A model generated the notes under the pieces. That model was not told the origin of the DNA. It saw only the letters and a program-made list of their open reading frames with translations, and did no database searches. A stretch of DNA of 63,450 nt, the filler included, from Olpidium bornovanus S191 (lineage: Eukaryota; Fungi; Olpidiomycota): assembly GCA_017911155.1 (NCBI GenBank). It is 22 parts of 22 records of this genome, joined end to end, with 100 filler letters (N's around TTAATTAATTAA, not from the genome) between each part and the next. Parts side by side here need not be neighbours in the genome. Positions count along the whole stretch, not along the records: positions 23,802 to 25,947 come from JAEFCI010012734.1; positions 26,048 to 29,027 come from JAEFCI010006920.1; positions 29,128 to 30,217 come from JAEFCI010002233.1; positions 30,318 to 32,508 come from JAEFCI010012643.1; positions 32,609 to 35,311 come from JAEFCI010002136.1; 17 more parts are not named here. The stretch is one strand, 5' to 3'. Positions 23,900 to 35,210 of the stretch are shown here, one piece after another. A program made the translations under genes and the position numbers. Within the stretch, counting starts at the first letter, position 1, and each line of letters opens with the position of its first letter.

Positions 23900-25714
23900 T
23901 TTCGCGGATTGCAGTCTCCTAGCGTGGGCCGACACGAAAAACTCCATGACTTCGACGACCTCTCCCCGGTTGGGAGACGCGAGCAGTTGGCACAGAACGT
24001 CGACCGCGCGGTCGAGCTGCTGGATGAAGTGGACGACCTCGGCGTAGTACGCTCGCAGCAAGCGGGTGCGGACGATGTTGCGGCTCAGCGCGACTTTTCG
24101 GTCCTCGCCTTGCTCTCCTGCGGCCGACTGCCTGCTTGCGCAGCCATCCATTCCTCCGTCTTGTGCCAGCCGGTCGCCCAGGTCAGCGACGTTAATGTCA
24201 GCGGGTTCCTCCATCTCGGCATCCTCGCCGTCGTCGTCGTCGTTTTCTTTGTCCGAACCAATCGCCTCGTCGCCCACTATGCCGTCCTCCGTCTTCTTCG
24301 AACCAGCAGGCCGCCGGAAAGCCAGCGAGTTGAACTCGGCCATCAAGACCTACGACGGGATACCCGTAAGCGGTCCGATCAATTCACAGTACGGAGGGAG
24401 CATCAACATCATGATTCACCTCCAGTGTGTTGTCGCAGCCTTCCAGCTTCTCTGTCATCACGCTCGTGTCCACGTGGCCGCCGTCGAAGTTGTATTGGTG
24501 GGTGCAGAGCAGCTTCGTAAGAAGGCTGACGGCGTTTTTCCTGACCAGGTATGTCTTATCAGTTGTCCTCTCGATGGTGAGGTCGATAATCTTGCGCCAC
24601 CTCTTCGACACCTCCACGGGGACGTTTTTGCCCGCTTCTGCGTCCGAGTAACCGGAGAGGATATACGCGGACGACTTCTCGCGCAGCCTTATATATTCCA
24701 CCATTTTTCATATTAACAGATATTGGTGCGCTGTTCACGAAAATTACCGCCAGGCAACGCGCCGCCCCGCTTACTCGCACAGCCTCTCGCAGATTTGGAG
24801 TGTCTTCGATCGGCAGTATGCATTCTCGTCATAGAATCGCTCCTCCAGAATATCAAAAAACCTAGATACGTCGTTCACGCGGCGCTCAGCTTCCTCGGGA
24901 TCCTCGTTTGTGGACCTGGCGAGGAACATGATGAGGTTCCCTACAACCTCGATGAAATGCAGCCTGATATTGTGCGACTACGTGTCCGTCCACCCCGGGG
25001 CGGGGGGGAGGGGGGGTGGAGGGTGGGAAAAGAATCAACATTTGCGCAGTCTATTGGGGGCGCCGGCGATCGAGACGTTTGCCTCTCACCTCGCTGTCGA
25101 GCAAGCTGCTCAGGAGACCTATGTGTTTCAAGGTTGTTTTAGAGGCGATCTCTGACAACCGGACAAGGAATCTCCCGACGGTTTTCGAAAACGTTGAGTC
25201 GTGATGTTGATCTCGTCGAGCTGCATGGAATTGCCTCCTGCTCAAGTTCCTGGAATAGCACACGCCCGTCAGGTGTCCGGGAGAAAGGGGTCCGGGGGGC
25301 GGGGGAAAGAAGTGAGGGCGGCGGAGGGGAGGGGAAACGCGATGGGAGTCTGCGCCGCCTACGGCACACGAACCTTAACACCTCATACGCAACTTGCGCA
25401 TTGTCACCGTGCTCGACGAGGTGATGCAAGAGTTCTGCTAAAGATTCCGCAGAGTGCTCATAGAACTCCAGCTGCTGCAGTATAGTGTCCTGCGCAGCTG
25501 ACATTCCGCAGGACGACGTCCGGGTGAATCAGCCAGGACGCCGGGGAGTCTGGCACCCAAGTTAGGGCGTCAAGTTTCATCACCGCTCTTACCGAAAGAG
25601 TGTCCGAAGTGCTGGACGCAGAGGCCGATAACCTTGAAAATGCGAGTCTTAAGATCAGCCATCTTCGCGTAAGAGGGATTCTCCAGCAGCTGGTAACAAG
25701 GCTTTGTTAACAGG
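23900..25714 (-). CDS. YCS4: Condensin complex subunit 1 (Ycs4/Cnd1/CAP-D2), six internal exons
   Basis: KPCYQLLEN...IFKVIGLCVQHFGHSF|AAQDTILQQLEFYEHSAESLAELLH; FLVRLSEIA...LLDSE|SHNIR...FDILEERFYDENAYCRSK; DKTYLVRKNAVSLL; YYAEVVHFIQQL...CQLLAS...EVVEVMEFF; canonical GT-AG introns. Confidence 0.93.
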
Positions 25715-26797
25715 CTGGTTGGGTTTGCCCGTTTTCGAAAAATTGACGGCTTTGCGTCAAAAAAAAGGGAGGCCGGAGATATCCCCGCAGGAGCACCAGG
25801 CAGACAAGGGAAGCCGGAAGGGGCGCGACAAAAAAAAAAACAAAAAGCCGACTTTGCCAGCGGATCGGTATCACCTCAAGAACGTATCAAGCTCCGGGCC
25901 GGACGTCCAAATGCACCGCAAGTTGAGGCCCAAAACCCGCGCCATGANNNNNNNNNNNNNNNNNNNNNNNNNNNNNNNNNNNNNNNNNNNNTTAATTAAT
26001 TAANNNNNNNNNNNNNNNNNNNNNNNNNNNNNNNNNNNNNNNNNNNNCATGGCCCCAGGACCATATGATAATTGATATTAATGTATATAAGTATATATAA
26101 TATTTTATTGGTACCAGGTGTAACCTGGGTAATCAATTGAACCATAATAACCATCACTATAACTACTATGTACTCGCCCGTTAGTTGGCAGGCTTGGCGC
26201 TTGGATGCGACGCCCGCAATCCGCAGCTCTCCCTTGACCCCCTGCAGAGCCTGGCGTTCTCTCCGCTTATCCTGCTGTCGCCGGCGCTTCCTGTTCTTCT
26301 TGCCGTACGGGCCTGCGCGGGAATCTGAGGGAATTATCAACAGGGACGATTCTCCCTGGAGGCAGTAAAGATGGCGAATGAGGATGACGTCTGCATTTCC
26401 TGTGCGGGCTAAAGCGCAACCCGCCGCAACCTCGTTGGGTTTGGACTGGGCCGGCTTCGCCGGGGACTCCCAGCGCTCGTCCGGCCGCAGAACAGGTAGC
26501 GGGGGGGCCCGGATCAGAAGGAAGAAGGCGAAATCTGGAAGGCGTCCTGGATTTCTGCGGCCCCGCACGACCCGGTCCATCATTCGCCCGTTCGCCACGT
26601 TTTTTGCCTCTCGCAGCAGGAACCGGCCCCTCCCCCCGAAATCGAGCGTCGGCAGTTACGGATCAGCCGAGGCGAAGACGGTGCAGGTGCATAGATAAAA
26701 GCGGACCTGTGGTGCGGACCTCTCGCCCTGCGATTTAGATGCCGCTGACCAGTAAAGGCGCCATGCCAAATTCAGATCGGTCGCGGCGGAATCCTCC

Positions 26798-29027
26798 ATG
26801 GAGAAAGCCAGAGGCACAGCAAACGAGGGCGAAAGTGCGACGGCCGCGGGAAAAGCAAACTTTCAAGATGAGCCGGCACCAGGGGGTGCCCAAGAGTCGA
26901 TGAACTGTCCGACGGCCGCTCCGTCCTCGGCCGGGGGGATTCCGCTGGTGGGGCCGGTGGCAGGCGCCGGCGCCAGGCTGCGAGGGGTTGACCAACTGGG
27001 GATGGTGAAGAAGCGCGGCATCACGATGTTGAAGAAGAGCCGCAGGGGGCGGGCGGGGTCGGCAATGACGCCGCTGCCGCCGCTGGAGACGTCCAACGAG
27101 TCCCCGTCGTCGACGTGCTCGGCATCCTCCAGCGGGTCTTCGTTGCCGTCGACGCCGCCCCGGCACGGCCCGGCGGGCGCCCAACCGCGCGACCCGCCGC
27201 TCTCGGGCGTTCCCGGCGCCGCGGCGGACGACAAGATGACCGTCAGCGTGCTCACTATCATGGGCAGGACGTTCCATGTTCGGGTGCTGCCGACGGACTC
27301 CGTCCGGGACGTGAAACGGGCGATCCAAAAAGAAGCGGGGATCAACGCCGACGTTCAGGTGCTGGTGTACCAGGACAAGGCGCTCGTCAACGACGGGGCC
27401 TTGGCGTCCGAGTGCGGCATCCGGGACGGGGCGACGATCCAGCTCGTGGTGCAGATGACGGGCGGGCCCGGCACCGTCGGCAGCGCACACCACCCGCTGG
27501 TCAGCCGGCAGATTTTCGACGCAGGGACGGGAACCCGCCCAGGCGGCGAAGGGAGAGGGTCGAGGATAGGCAGCGGGCGGCCGGGGCGGAGGGCAGGATC
27601 TGGCCACAGCGGAGACGGCCGACCACGGAAAGCCGGCGATGAGGGGGAAGACAGCAGGGAAGAGGTGGTCCTCCTTCTTTGCAAACAGGACGGCGAGGTC
27701 TACGTCCTCGAGGTGCACCTAAGGGACGGCGGCGCGACGGGCGAGGCTTCGCGGAGAAGGTGCTTGGCTTCGCCATCAGACTCTGCGGAATGCCTGGAGC
27801 TGAAGGCCAAGCGGGAAGCGGAAGAGCTAATCGAGATGGCCGTATCCGGGTCCAGCGACGTGGACGTGGACGTCGAGGTGATCAGCGAGCAAGAGGCCGT
27901 GCGGTTACTCCGCGAAGCAAACATAAACGTAGAGTTCGAGTTGCTGGACAAGACAATGCGCCAATTCACAAACTCGGGAATCCAAGAAGACAGATCCCGG
28001 TCCGGTACCGGAGCGGGCGGAGCCGAGGAAAAGCCATCCGGCCGTGACCGGTCCTACGGAATCGACACCGACGACTTGTCCTTCCTGAGGCCGATTTCCG
28101 CCTCGTCCACCATCTCGACAAACTCGCTGTCGACTTTCTTATCCCTGGCCACAACAATGACGTCCACCACGAGTTCTTCGGGTCCGTCGTCCGCTTGTAC
28201 GCCGTCAATCGGCTCCGCATTCTCGTCTCGGCCGATCTCGGCCTTCTCCATCAGCACGATATCGCGGCCAGGCTCGGGATCGCCGGCTTCGCTGCGGGGT
28301 TTCTCGTCGACGCCCGCCTCGGCGTCGTCGTCAGGCTCGCCAATGCCGTCGCGGTTCCCGTCGTTCGCGCCGTCCGCGAGCTCGACTAAATCCGGCAGGC
28401 CGAACGGCGAAGGCCTTGGCGCGCAGGCGGCAGCGCTCGCGGCCGGCGAACGCAAGGACGGCGCGGCTCCGGCCGAAGCATCGGCGAGAAAAGAGGTTAC
28501 GGCCCGGATGGTACCACACCGCAGCGGCCTCCCGTTGCGAGGGCAAAGGCCAGCCACGGCGATCTGCATCACGCGGGTTCGCGTGTCCACCCCGGATCGT
28601 ACAGCTGCCGTCGATGGAGATTGGCAGGACTGCGCCTTGGCAGTGGGCCGGAGGAGGCCAAAATCCGCCGGGGGGGTGAAATCGGTCCCGCGCCCGATCA
28701 GCCCCAGCCTCAGCTATGACGAAGATGAAGGGATGTGCGAACCGGCGTCTCCGGTGGAAATGCCAGAGAAGATCCCGGCGGCCGCTCAAGTTCCCGCCGC
28801 GCGTGCGGCGGGACCCGCTGCGGTACCGCCAAAAAAGAGCGCTTCTTTGGAAGTCGGCCGGCCCGCCACGCGGAGCGCGAGAAACCTGGACGGACGGTTG
28901 GCTTCGGCATGCCAACGATCGCTCGTGCTGGTTGCGAGGCGGTCGACGAGGGATGCGCCGGTTGCGTGCGTCGCCGCCCCGTCGAAGGAAAAGGCCGAGC
29001 TGATGGCGACCACAGCGAGGACCTCGG
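26798..29027 (+). CDS. Ubiquitin-like-domain protein with long Ser/Thr-rich disordered region (ZFAND4-like), 3' truncated
   Basis: Residues at 27237-27470: MTVSVLTIMGRTFHVRVLPTDSVRDVKRAIQKEAGI...GIRDGATIQLVVQMTGGP, a ubiquitin fold ending GGP as in ZFAND4. Frame open to contig end; start uncertain. Confidence 0.75.
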
Positions 29028-29127
29028 NNNNNNNNNNNNNNNNNNNNNNNNNNNNNNNNNNNNNNNNNNNNTTAATTAATTAANNNNNNNNNNNNNNNNN
29101 NNNNNNNNNNNNNNNNNNNNNNNNNNN

Positions 29128-29844
29128 CATGCTAAACCCGATCTTGCGGAATCCGTCGTACGTCTCGAATGGCGTGATAATCCCATCCTCGTTGCGGTCT
29201 GCCAAGATTGGGCCGCAGCGTCCGTGAGCGGGGCGGCCGCAGACAGAGGAAAGGAAATCGGGGCGAACGCATCGCGCCGAAAAAGACCGGATAAAAATGA
29301 GAAAAAAAAATTACCGAAGAAGGCCACGTGTTGCTGCAGTGGCGTCCCGTACGCTTTCGGGTTGTCTGCGGCCCCGTGCGGTTGGAGCACGCCGGGACAG
29401 TCGACAGCTCGCGGGACGCCTTGACGGTGCACCGCCGCGGCCGGCCACCGATAGAGACAGAGAGAGTGAAAAAGGGGAAGAGAGAAAGAGAAAGAGAAAG
29501 AGAAAGAGAGAGAGAGAGAGAAAGACGCGGAGAAGCCGAGGTGAGCAACCCCCCGCCATGTGCGCAAAGCTTTTGAAATAAAAAATAACGAGCGCGAGCG
29601 CGGCGCGGGGAGGGGGAAAGGGGCGCGTAACCACAACGCGCGGGCAGACCGGACGCGTCACCGGCCGCAGCACAAAGAAAGTACCTGGTTCGGCGATCCA
29701 CGCGGGCAGGTCGACGGGAGCCGGCCGCTGCGCGGTGACCGGCGCTTTCGGGTGCACCGTTTGGACCTTAGCGGCGGGGCGCTCGGCGGCAGCGGCGCTG
29801 TGGCCTGCGGTCCTCGCGGACAAGGGCGTGGCGGAGGGGGCCAT
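29128..29844 (-). CDS. Caleosin/peroxygenase, first three exons (29844-29685, 29419-29315, 29198 to contig end)
   Basis: Spliced PVTAQRP...PG|VPRAVD...TPLQQHVAFF|DRNEDGIITPFETYDGFRKIGF: caleosin signature with EF-hand and catalytic His. Confidence 0.93.
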
Positions 29845-30317
29845 CGGCCTCTTTCCTGCGCGCAGAGCGGAGAGACGCGTCGGCGAAAAAATAATCCGTC
29901 GGGCAGGGAAAAAGGGCACCCCCCCGGACGCGGCGCGGGGGAGATCACGCAACCAAAAAAGTCCCGCTTCCCCCCGAGCCGAACGCGGGCCCCCCGCGGG
30001 AACGAAACTTTCGCGTACATTCGTGCCGGCGCCCAGGAAGAGAACGCCTGCTGCGCCCTTGTGGAAAACGGGCCCCGACACTACCCGGAAGTTCTCTTTA
30101 ATGGTTTGGTCGACTATAAAAAAAAGCGTTCGAAGACTTCCCCCCCCCCAAGAAAAGGGGCGCGAGCGGGGGAAGCCCTCGATACCGTTTATCCGGGAAT
30201 TTGCGGGGGGGGGGGGGNNNNNNNNNNNNNNNNNNNNNNNNNNNNNNNNNNNNNNNNNNNNTTAATTAATTAANNNNNNNNNNNNNNNNNNNNNNNNNNN
30301 NNNNNNNNNNNNNNNNN

Positions 30318-31496
30318 CATGACTTATCCATACTGTACTTGGTGATCAGCTCTGGGGCGGCCCCCTTCGGAAAACTCTTCCGCAGGTCGAAGTCCGCGAA
30401 ATGAGCCGTCACTGAAGGTATTGTCTGTGCCGGGAAAGCTGAATGCGTCCCAGGGGCTCCTTGCTGTCGTGCAGCGGGAATGGCGTTCCGCTCGGGGCCA
30501 GGCACCACACCGTCTGTGCCCGGCTCAGGTTCGGGGCACGTCGCGGAGGTCAGCAGCCCGCCTGCCGGGAGAACGGTTTTCAGGACTCCAGGCGTCACGA
30601 AGCTAGTCAGGGCTTTCCATCTCTCGTACGTGGAGGTTTCCGCTGTGAGCGGGTACGGGCCGAGGCGTCGGTCTATGTCGCGCAAGTTGCTCTTGTTCGT
30701 TTTTATTTTTTTTTTGTTGCAAAACCGGAAAGTTTCGTCAGCGCCCCCTGTGGGCCAAACCAGACACCAGAGGCAGGGGCCGCGGGGCGAAACGCAAGCT
30801 TTTTACCCGGTACCGCTCGCGTTCGTCTTCGCCAACCTGACTGTCCGGAAACCAATTTTCGGCATGCGGGTCCCACTTCTTGACGACAACCTGCAGAGCA
30901 GCGGAGACCCGTGAGATTCCCGCCGGCGCAGAGGGAAAGCGAGAAGGGGTGTCGACGACGATTACGACGGGGGTCCGGCACAGCGTACCTCTCGTTCCGC
31001 GAAGAAATGCCAGAAGCCCGCACGCGGGCCTTCCCCTCCGTACGAGTCGCTGAAGCTAAAGCGGCGAGAAAGAGAATTTTGGGCTCACACAGGTCGGCGA
31101 GACTCGGGGCGTAACGAAGGAAAGCTCCCACCCGCGGCGGCACCAGGGGGGGTGGACTCACGAGTAGTGCACGCAGTGGAGCCCCGGCGGGACGAGTTTC
31201 ATGCCCATGAACTTCTCGCCCGCCGTCCAGATGTGCAAGTCGATGCCGAACGACAGCGCCGGCGGCGCGCCGGCGGCGGCTTCGTTCTCGCGCTCGGCCG
31301 GCGGGTCCCCCGCTTCCGGCCGGGCGCGGTTTCCGGGAGGAGCACAGCCGGGCCACCTCGCCGCCGGAGCCGGAGCCGGCGCCGCCCCCGGCCTCCTCGT
31401 TATCGGGGATCTCGCTGCGGCGTTCGGGACGGGCGCGTCGGCGAACACGAAGAACGCGCCGCGGTCGAACAGGGCGGTCGCGGTCTGCGGGTCCAT
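30318..31496 (-). CDS. AAR2: U5 snRNP assembly factor AAR2, first four exons, 3' truncated
   Basis: MDPQTATALFDRGAFFVF...FGIDLHIWTAGEKFMGMKLVPPGLHCVHYS|...GPRAGFWHFF|VVVKKWDP|...NLRDIDRRLGPYP...W...LTSFVT...SMDKS. Confidence 0.93.
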
Positions 31497-31676
31497 CGCG
31501 GGGAAGGGGCGGGGGGAAAGAAGCAGAGGGCGCGCCGGCCTGGTCGCGGTCCTTGCCGGGAGGAAAAGGGTCCTCTCCTGCTCGCGGCTTTCCCAAAAAG
31601 AAAAAGGAAAAAAAAAAAAAAAGCGGGTTGCATTTGCGCGGCGCGCGCCTGCCCCTATACGGAAGCTGAACGTGCC

Positions 31677-31710
<34 letters not shown>

Positions 31711-32608
31711 AGTCGGCAAGGTAGGCAGGGTTGGTAGGATCTCTTTTCCGGAGGGGGCGGGCGGGGGAGGAGGAAATTGGGGCCGTGGCCCGTGGAGGGC
31801 ACGCGCTTACACCCCCCCCCCACATGCACCAATGTTTGTACAAGACTCGGGCTTGTCCCTGTGAAGTCTCTGAAAGAATCAACCTTTGCAACATGTGTGG
31901 GTTGGACAGTGGAATGACTCGTGAGTAAAACCTCTTTCAGAAACTTTTTAAAGGTGTCTTAAATGTTCCCTTTAATAGTATTTTCAATGGTACACAACGT
32001 CCACGATCGCGGCCGTCTGACCACCGATTTGAGTTCTGTGACTTGGAGCTGGTGTGGACGAACGTCCTCCTGCTGCGTGCCAAATTTGACTGCAATCCGT
32101 TGCGAATGGAGCCATCAATGGCTAAAACGCTCTGACTTGTCGTTAATTGGAATTGACGGCGGTTTCTGGACCCGTTTGATCCGCCGATTCTCGGCTGTTC
32201 GTGGGCCGCTTTTGATTCTGTTACTTGCAGCCGGTGCGCCCGAATGTCGGCTGACGTGCCAGATGTCAGCCGGACTGGACAGGAATTCGCAGGTGTAGCC
32301 CCTCTCAGACTCTAAATGCCCGAAATGCGAATTCTCCTACGAACAACGGCTGATTATCCAGCGGCAAATACCAGTCGAAAGAGCTCGCCGAAAGTTTTTA
32401 TTTGATACCAATTGTGTGGGGATCGGTCTGGTGGGACCGGAGATATGGTGACGGGAAGTTCGCTCAAAAAGGGTGTCCGATAGATCACGGGAAAATAATT
32501 CCCATGGCNNNNNNNNNNNNNNNNNNNNNNNNNNNNNNNNNNNNNNNNNNNNTTAATTAATTAANNNNNNNNNNNNNNNNNNNNNNNNNNNNNNNNNNNN
32601 NNNNNNNN

Positions 32609-33321
32609 CATGCCCGGCACGCGCAAGCCGCCCGGGTCCCCTTACCCCTTCGGCAGCGAGTGCGGAGCGACGACGTTGTCGTCCCCTGTCGCCGGGGTCC
32701 GGGAGGTGGACCTTTCCGGGGTCCGCCCAAAGTCGACGATCCAGCGGCTGCTGAGGTCGCCCTCCCAAAAACCTTCCGCACACGTGACGCCGCTGCGGAA
32801 CGCCGAGAATCTCGAGCACATCTCGGCGATGCCGCTAGTCGTGAGTGAAAGCACGAGCAGGGCCGCCCCTTTCGACACCTGCGCCACGATAATCACAAAA
32901 CTGAGCCTGACGCGAGATGTAAGAATTTTTTTTTTACTTCCGCTATCTTTGGTTATGAGGAAGAACAACAATAAAACATTTTTGCTCTGCCGCGAACGGG
33001 AAGGGAGGCGGGGACATCTTTTGCTTTGTTTTGTTTTTTTTTTGTTTACGGCGGAGCTTTTTTCTCGACCGTGTCGACTGACACCCAAAGAGGATCTTTC
33101 GCAACCGCGACGACAAAAAAAAGAAAATCGTGCACCCCAATCAGCAGCGGATTTTTACGGTCCGAGAGATCGCGAGGCTGTCCGGGTTTCCGGACGACTT
33201 CCGGTTTGTCCCGGACCCCCGCGAGGCGATAACGGGGATTGGAAACGCCGTTGCCCCGCTGCTCGCTTGCGTCCTCGGAAAAGAGCTCGTCTGCGCGCTC
33301 GCGGAACTTTCAGAAAACTAG
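32609..33321 (+). CDS. C5-cytosine DNA methyltransferase, C-terminal part (DNMT1/DIM-2-like); exons 32609-32918 and 33091-33321
   Basis: PKSTIQRLLR...SAH...ENLEHISAMP, CATIITK, then IVHPNQQRIFTVREIARLSGFPDDFRF...GIGNAVAPLLA (motifs IX and X); phase-0 GT-AG intron 32919-33090. Confidence 0.88.
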
Positions 33322-35054
33322 AGTTCCCACCTTCCCATGGGCTCTGTGGTTCTCGCGCGCCACTCTGCTCCACATCCACGCCCTTTTCCCAACTACCTGC
33401 ACAACCTCCAGCCTCACGTCGCCTCGCGTTCCGTGTGTCGGCAGGAAGTTGCCGGCCGGGCAGCCGATGTTGTTGCCGAAACTCCCCACCGCGAGGTCGT
33501 CAAAGTTTTTAACGCGTCAAGGTTTCCTGCGGTCAGCGAGGCTACCCGGCAGAAACCATGGTCACTACGCCGGTCAGAACTGGTTTTCTTTACTCACAGC
33601 CGGCGCCGCCAGGCATTCAAAATCACGCTTTACCGAAACGAGGGCCGGCAGAAATGGGAAATTTGGAGATCAATTGGCGTCGGCATAGACTCGGCTGCAA
33701 AACGACCTTGTATCATCTGCTTGGATTTCAGTCTTAGGACAAGAACGACGTACTCCGTCCCGTGAATTGTTTGCTGCCGGGGCAAAGCTGGACGCCTATC
33801 GACGCAAATTTGGCGAGAGCTGGATTGCGCAAGCTTTGGCGACCCTGCATTTGATATTGGCTATATGCAGCCGAACCAGCCGAACTATTTGGCGTCAACG
33901 GATTTCAGAAGGCTCGCCGACAGGCAGGTCTGCTCTGCCTTCCAAACCTCCACAGATCCTAGCAGTACGGATTGTGCAGTAGAGGCCCGACGAAGCCGTG
34001 TCATCAATGATCCGGGACTGCGGAGGATCATGCGGACGTCAAGCGTCCGCCGTTTCTACACCTCTAGTGAGCGCAGAAAATCACCATTCGGCGGCCACGG
34101 GTAGACCCTGCAGGCTCCCCCATAGTGACTTTGGCGCAAACTCTCGAGCACATCGAAATCAGCACCAGTATGGCCGCAAGAGAACCTTTACCAGCAAAGA
34201 GGGCGGTCGTCGCAGAGCTAAAAGGGTTTGGCTGCCTGGCGACATGAGATGTTGGCTCTGAAGCACGGGTACGGACGAGAAGGGGGAACGCGCTGCTGAC
34301 GATTGACCGGAGCCGCCGGGAATAGCATAAATTTGGAAGTTGCACGACAGACGCCGCATCATATAAATGCGGCGGAACCGGCCCCTGACGGACGGCCGAC
34401 ATCGAGCGGCCGACCCTCCCTTCCCGCTTTCCCCCCTTCTTCCCCCGGAGCAGTCGCCTAGTCGGAAAGAGACAGGTAAATGTGGAGACTGCGCCGCCGA
34501 TTTTCTGACTGCAAGGTTTCCGTCACGACGAAAGCGCGAGCGCTGCCCCTCAACTTTCCTGGATGGCGCAGCAGCGTTCACCCGAAAAAATTGGTGGTAA
34601 AAACGGTCGGCGCCGAGGTTTGCCTTAGCGCTTGTCATGGCGCTGGTCCTGACCTCGGCACGCAAGCGCTCGCCCCGCGCGGAGGACGGGGCGGCTGGCA
34701 CGGCGGCGGCTGCGGCTGCCACAGTCATAAAAGCGGCGGCTAGGAAGTCGTGGCGAAAAAAGGGGAAGCCAGGGAATCCTGCACCCACAAGAGAGAAACC
34801 GAGGGAAATGTGCGACCTCGATTGCAAGTTCGAGGTCGCCGTAAAACTACGACGAAGATTTTTCCTGTTTACTTTTGGCCATGTTTTAAAATCGGGGCAA
34901 GGGACGGCCTAGAAATTCTTTTTTCTTTCGTACGGACTCGATTTAGTTTTTCAAGGCTGCGTGTTGTCATCAAAGTTCGACAAGAGTTGGCGGGTCAGCG
35001 GGGTTGTTTTGTCGGGCCAGACTCCTCCCCACTCGTTTCTCCCATCCTCTTTAA

Positions 35055-35210
35055 TTCCCCAAACAAATTTCCTTACCTTGGTTACCAAAGCAGCTAGGTT
35101 TCCAGGCGTCGTCGATCGACGAGTATTTTCTTTGGTTCCCCAAACAAATTCCCTTACCTTGGTTACCAAAGCAGCTAGGTTTCCAGGCGTCGTCGATCGA
35201 CGAGTATTTC
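35055..35210. repeat. 81-bp tandem duplication (2 copies)
   Basis: TTCCCCAAACAAATTYCCTTACCTTGGTTACCAAAGCAGCTAGGTTTCCAGGCGTCGTCGATCGACGAGTATTT starts at 35055 and 35136. Confidence 0.95.

Noticed and set aside
33337-34827. ORFs downstream of the DNMT and at 54422-55761
   Set aside because: Possibly real exons, but no family signature or consistent splice model, so not called.
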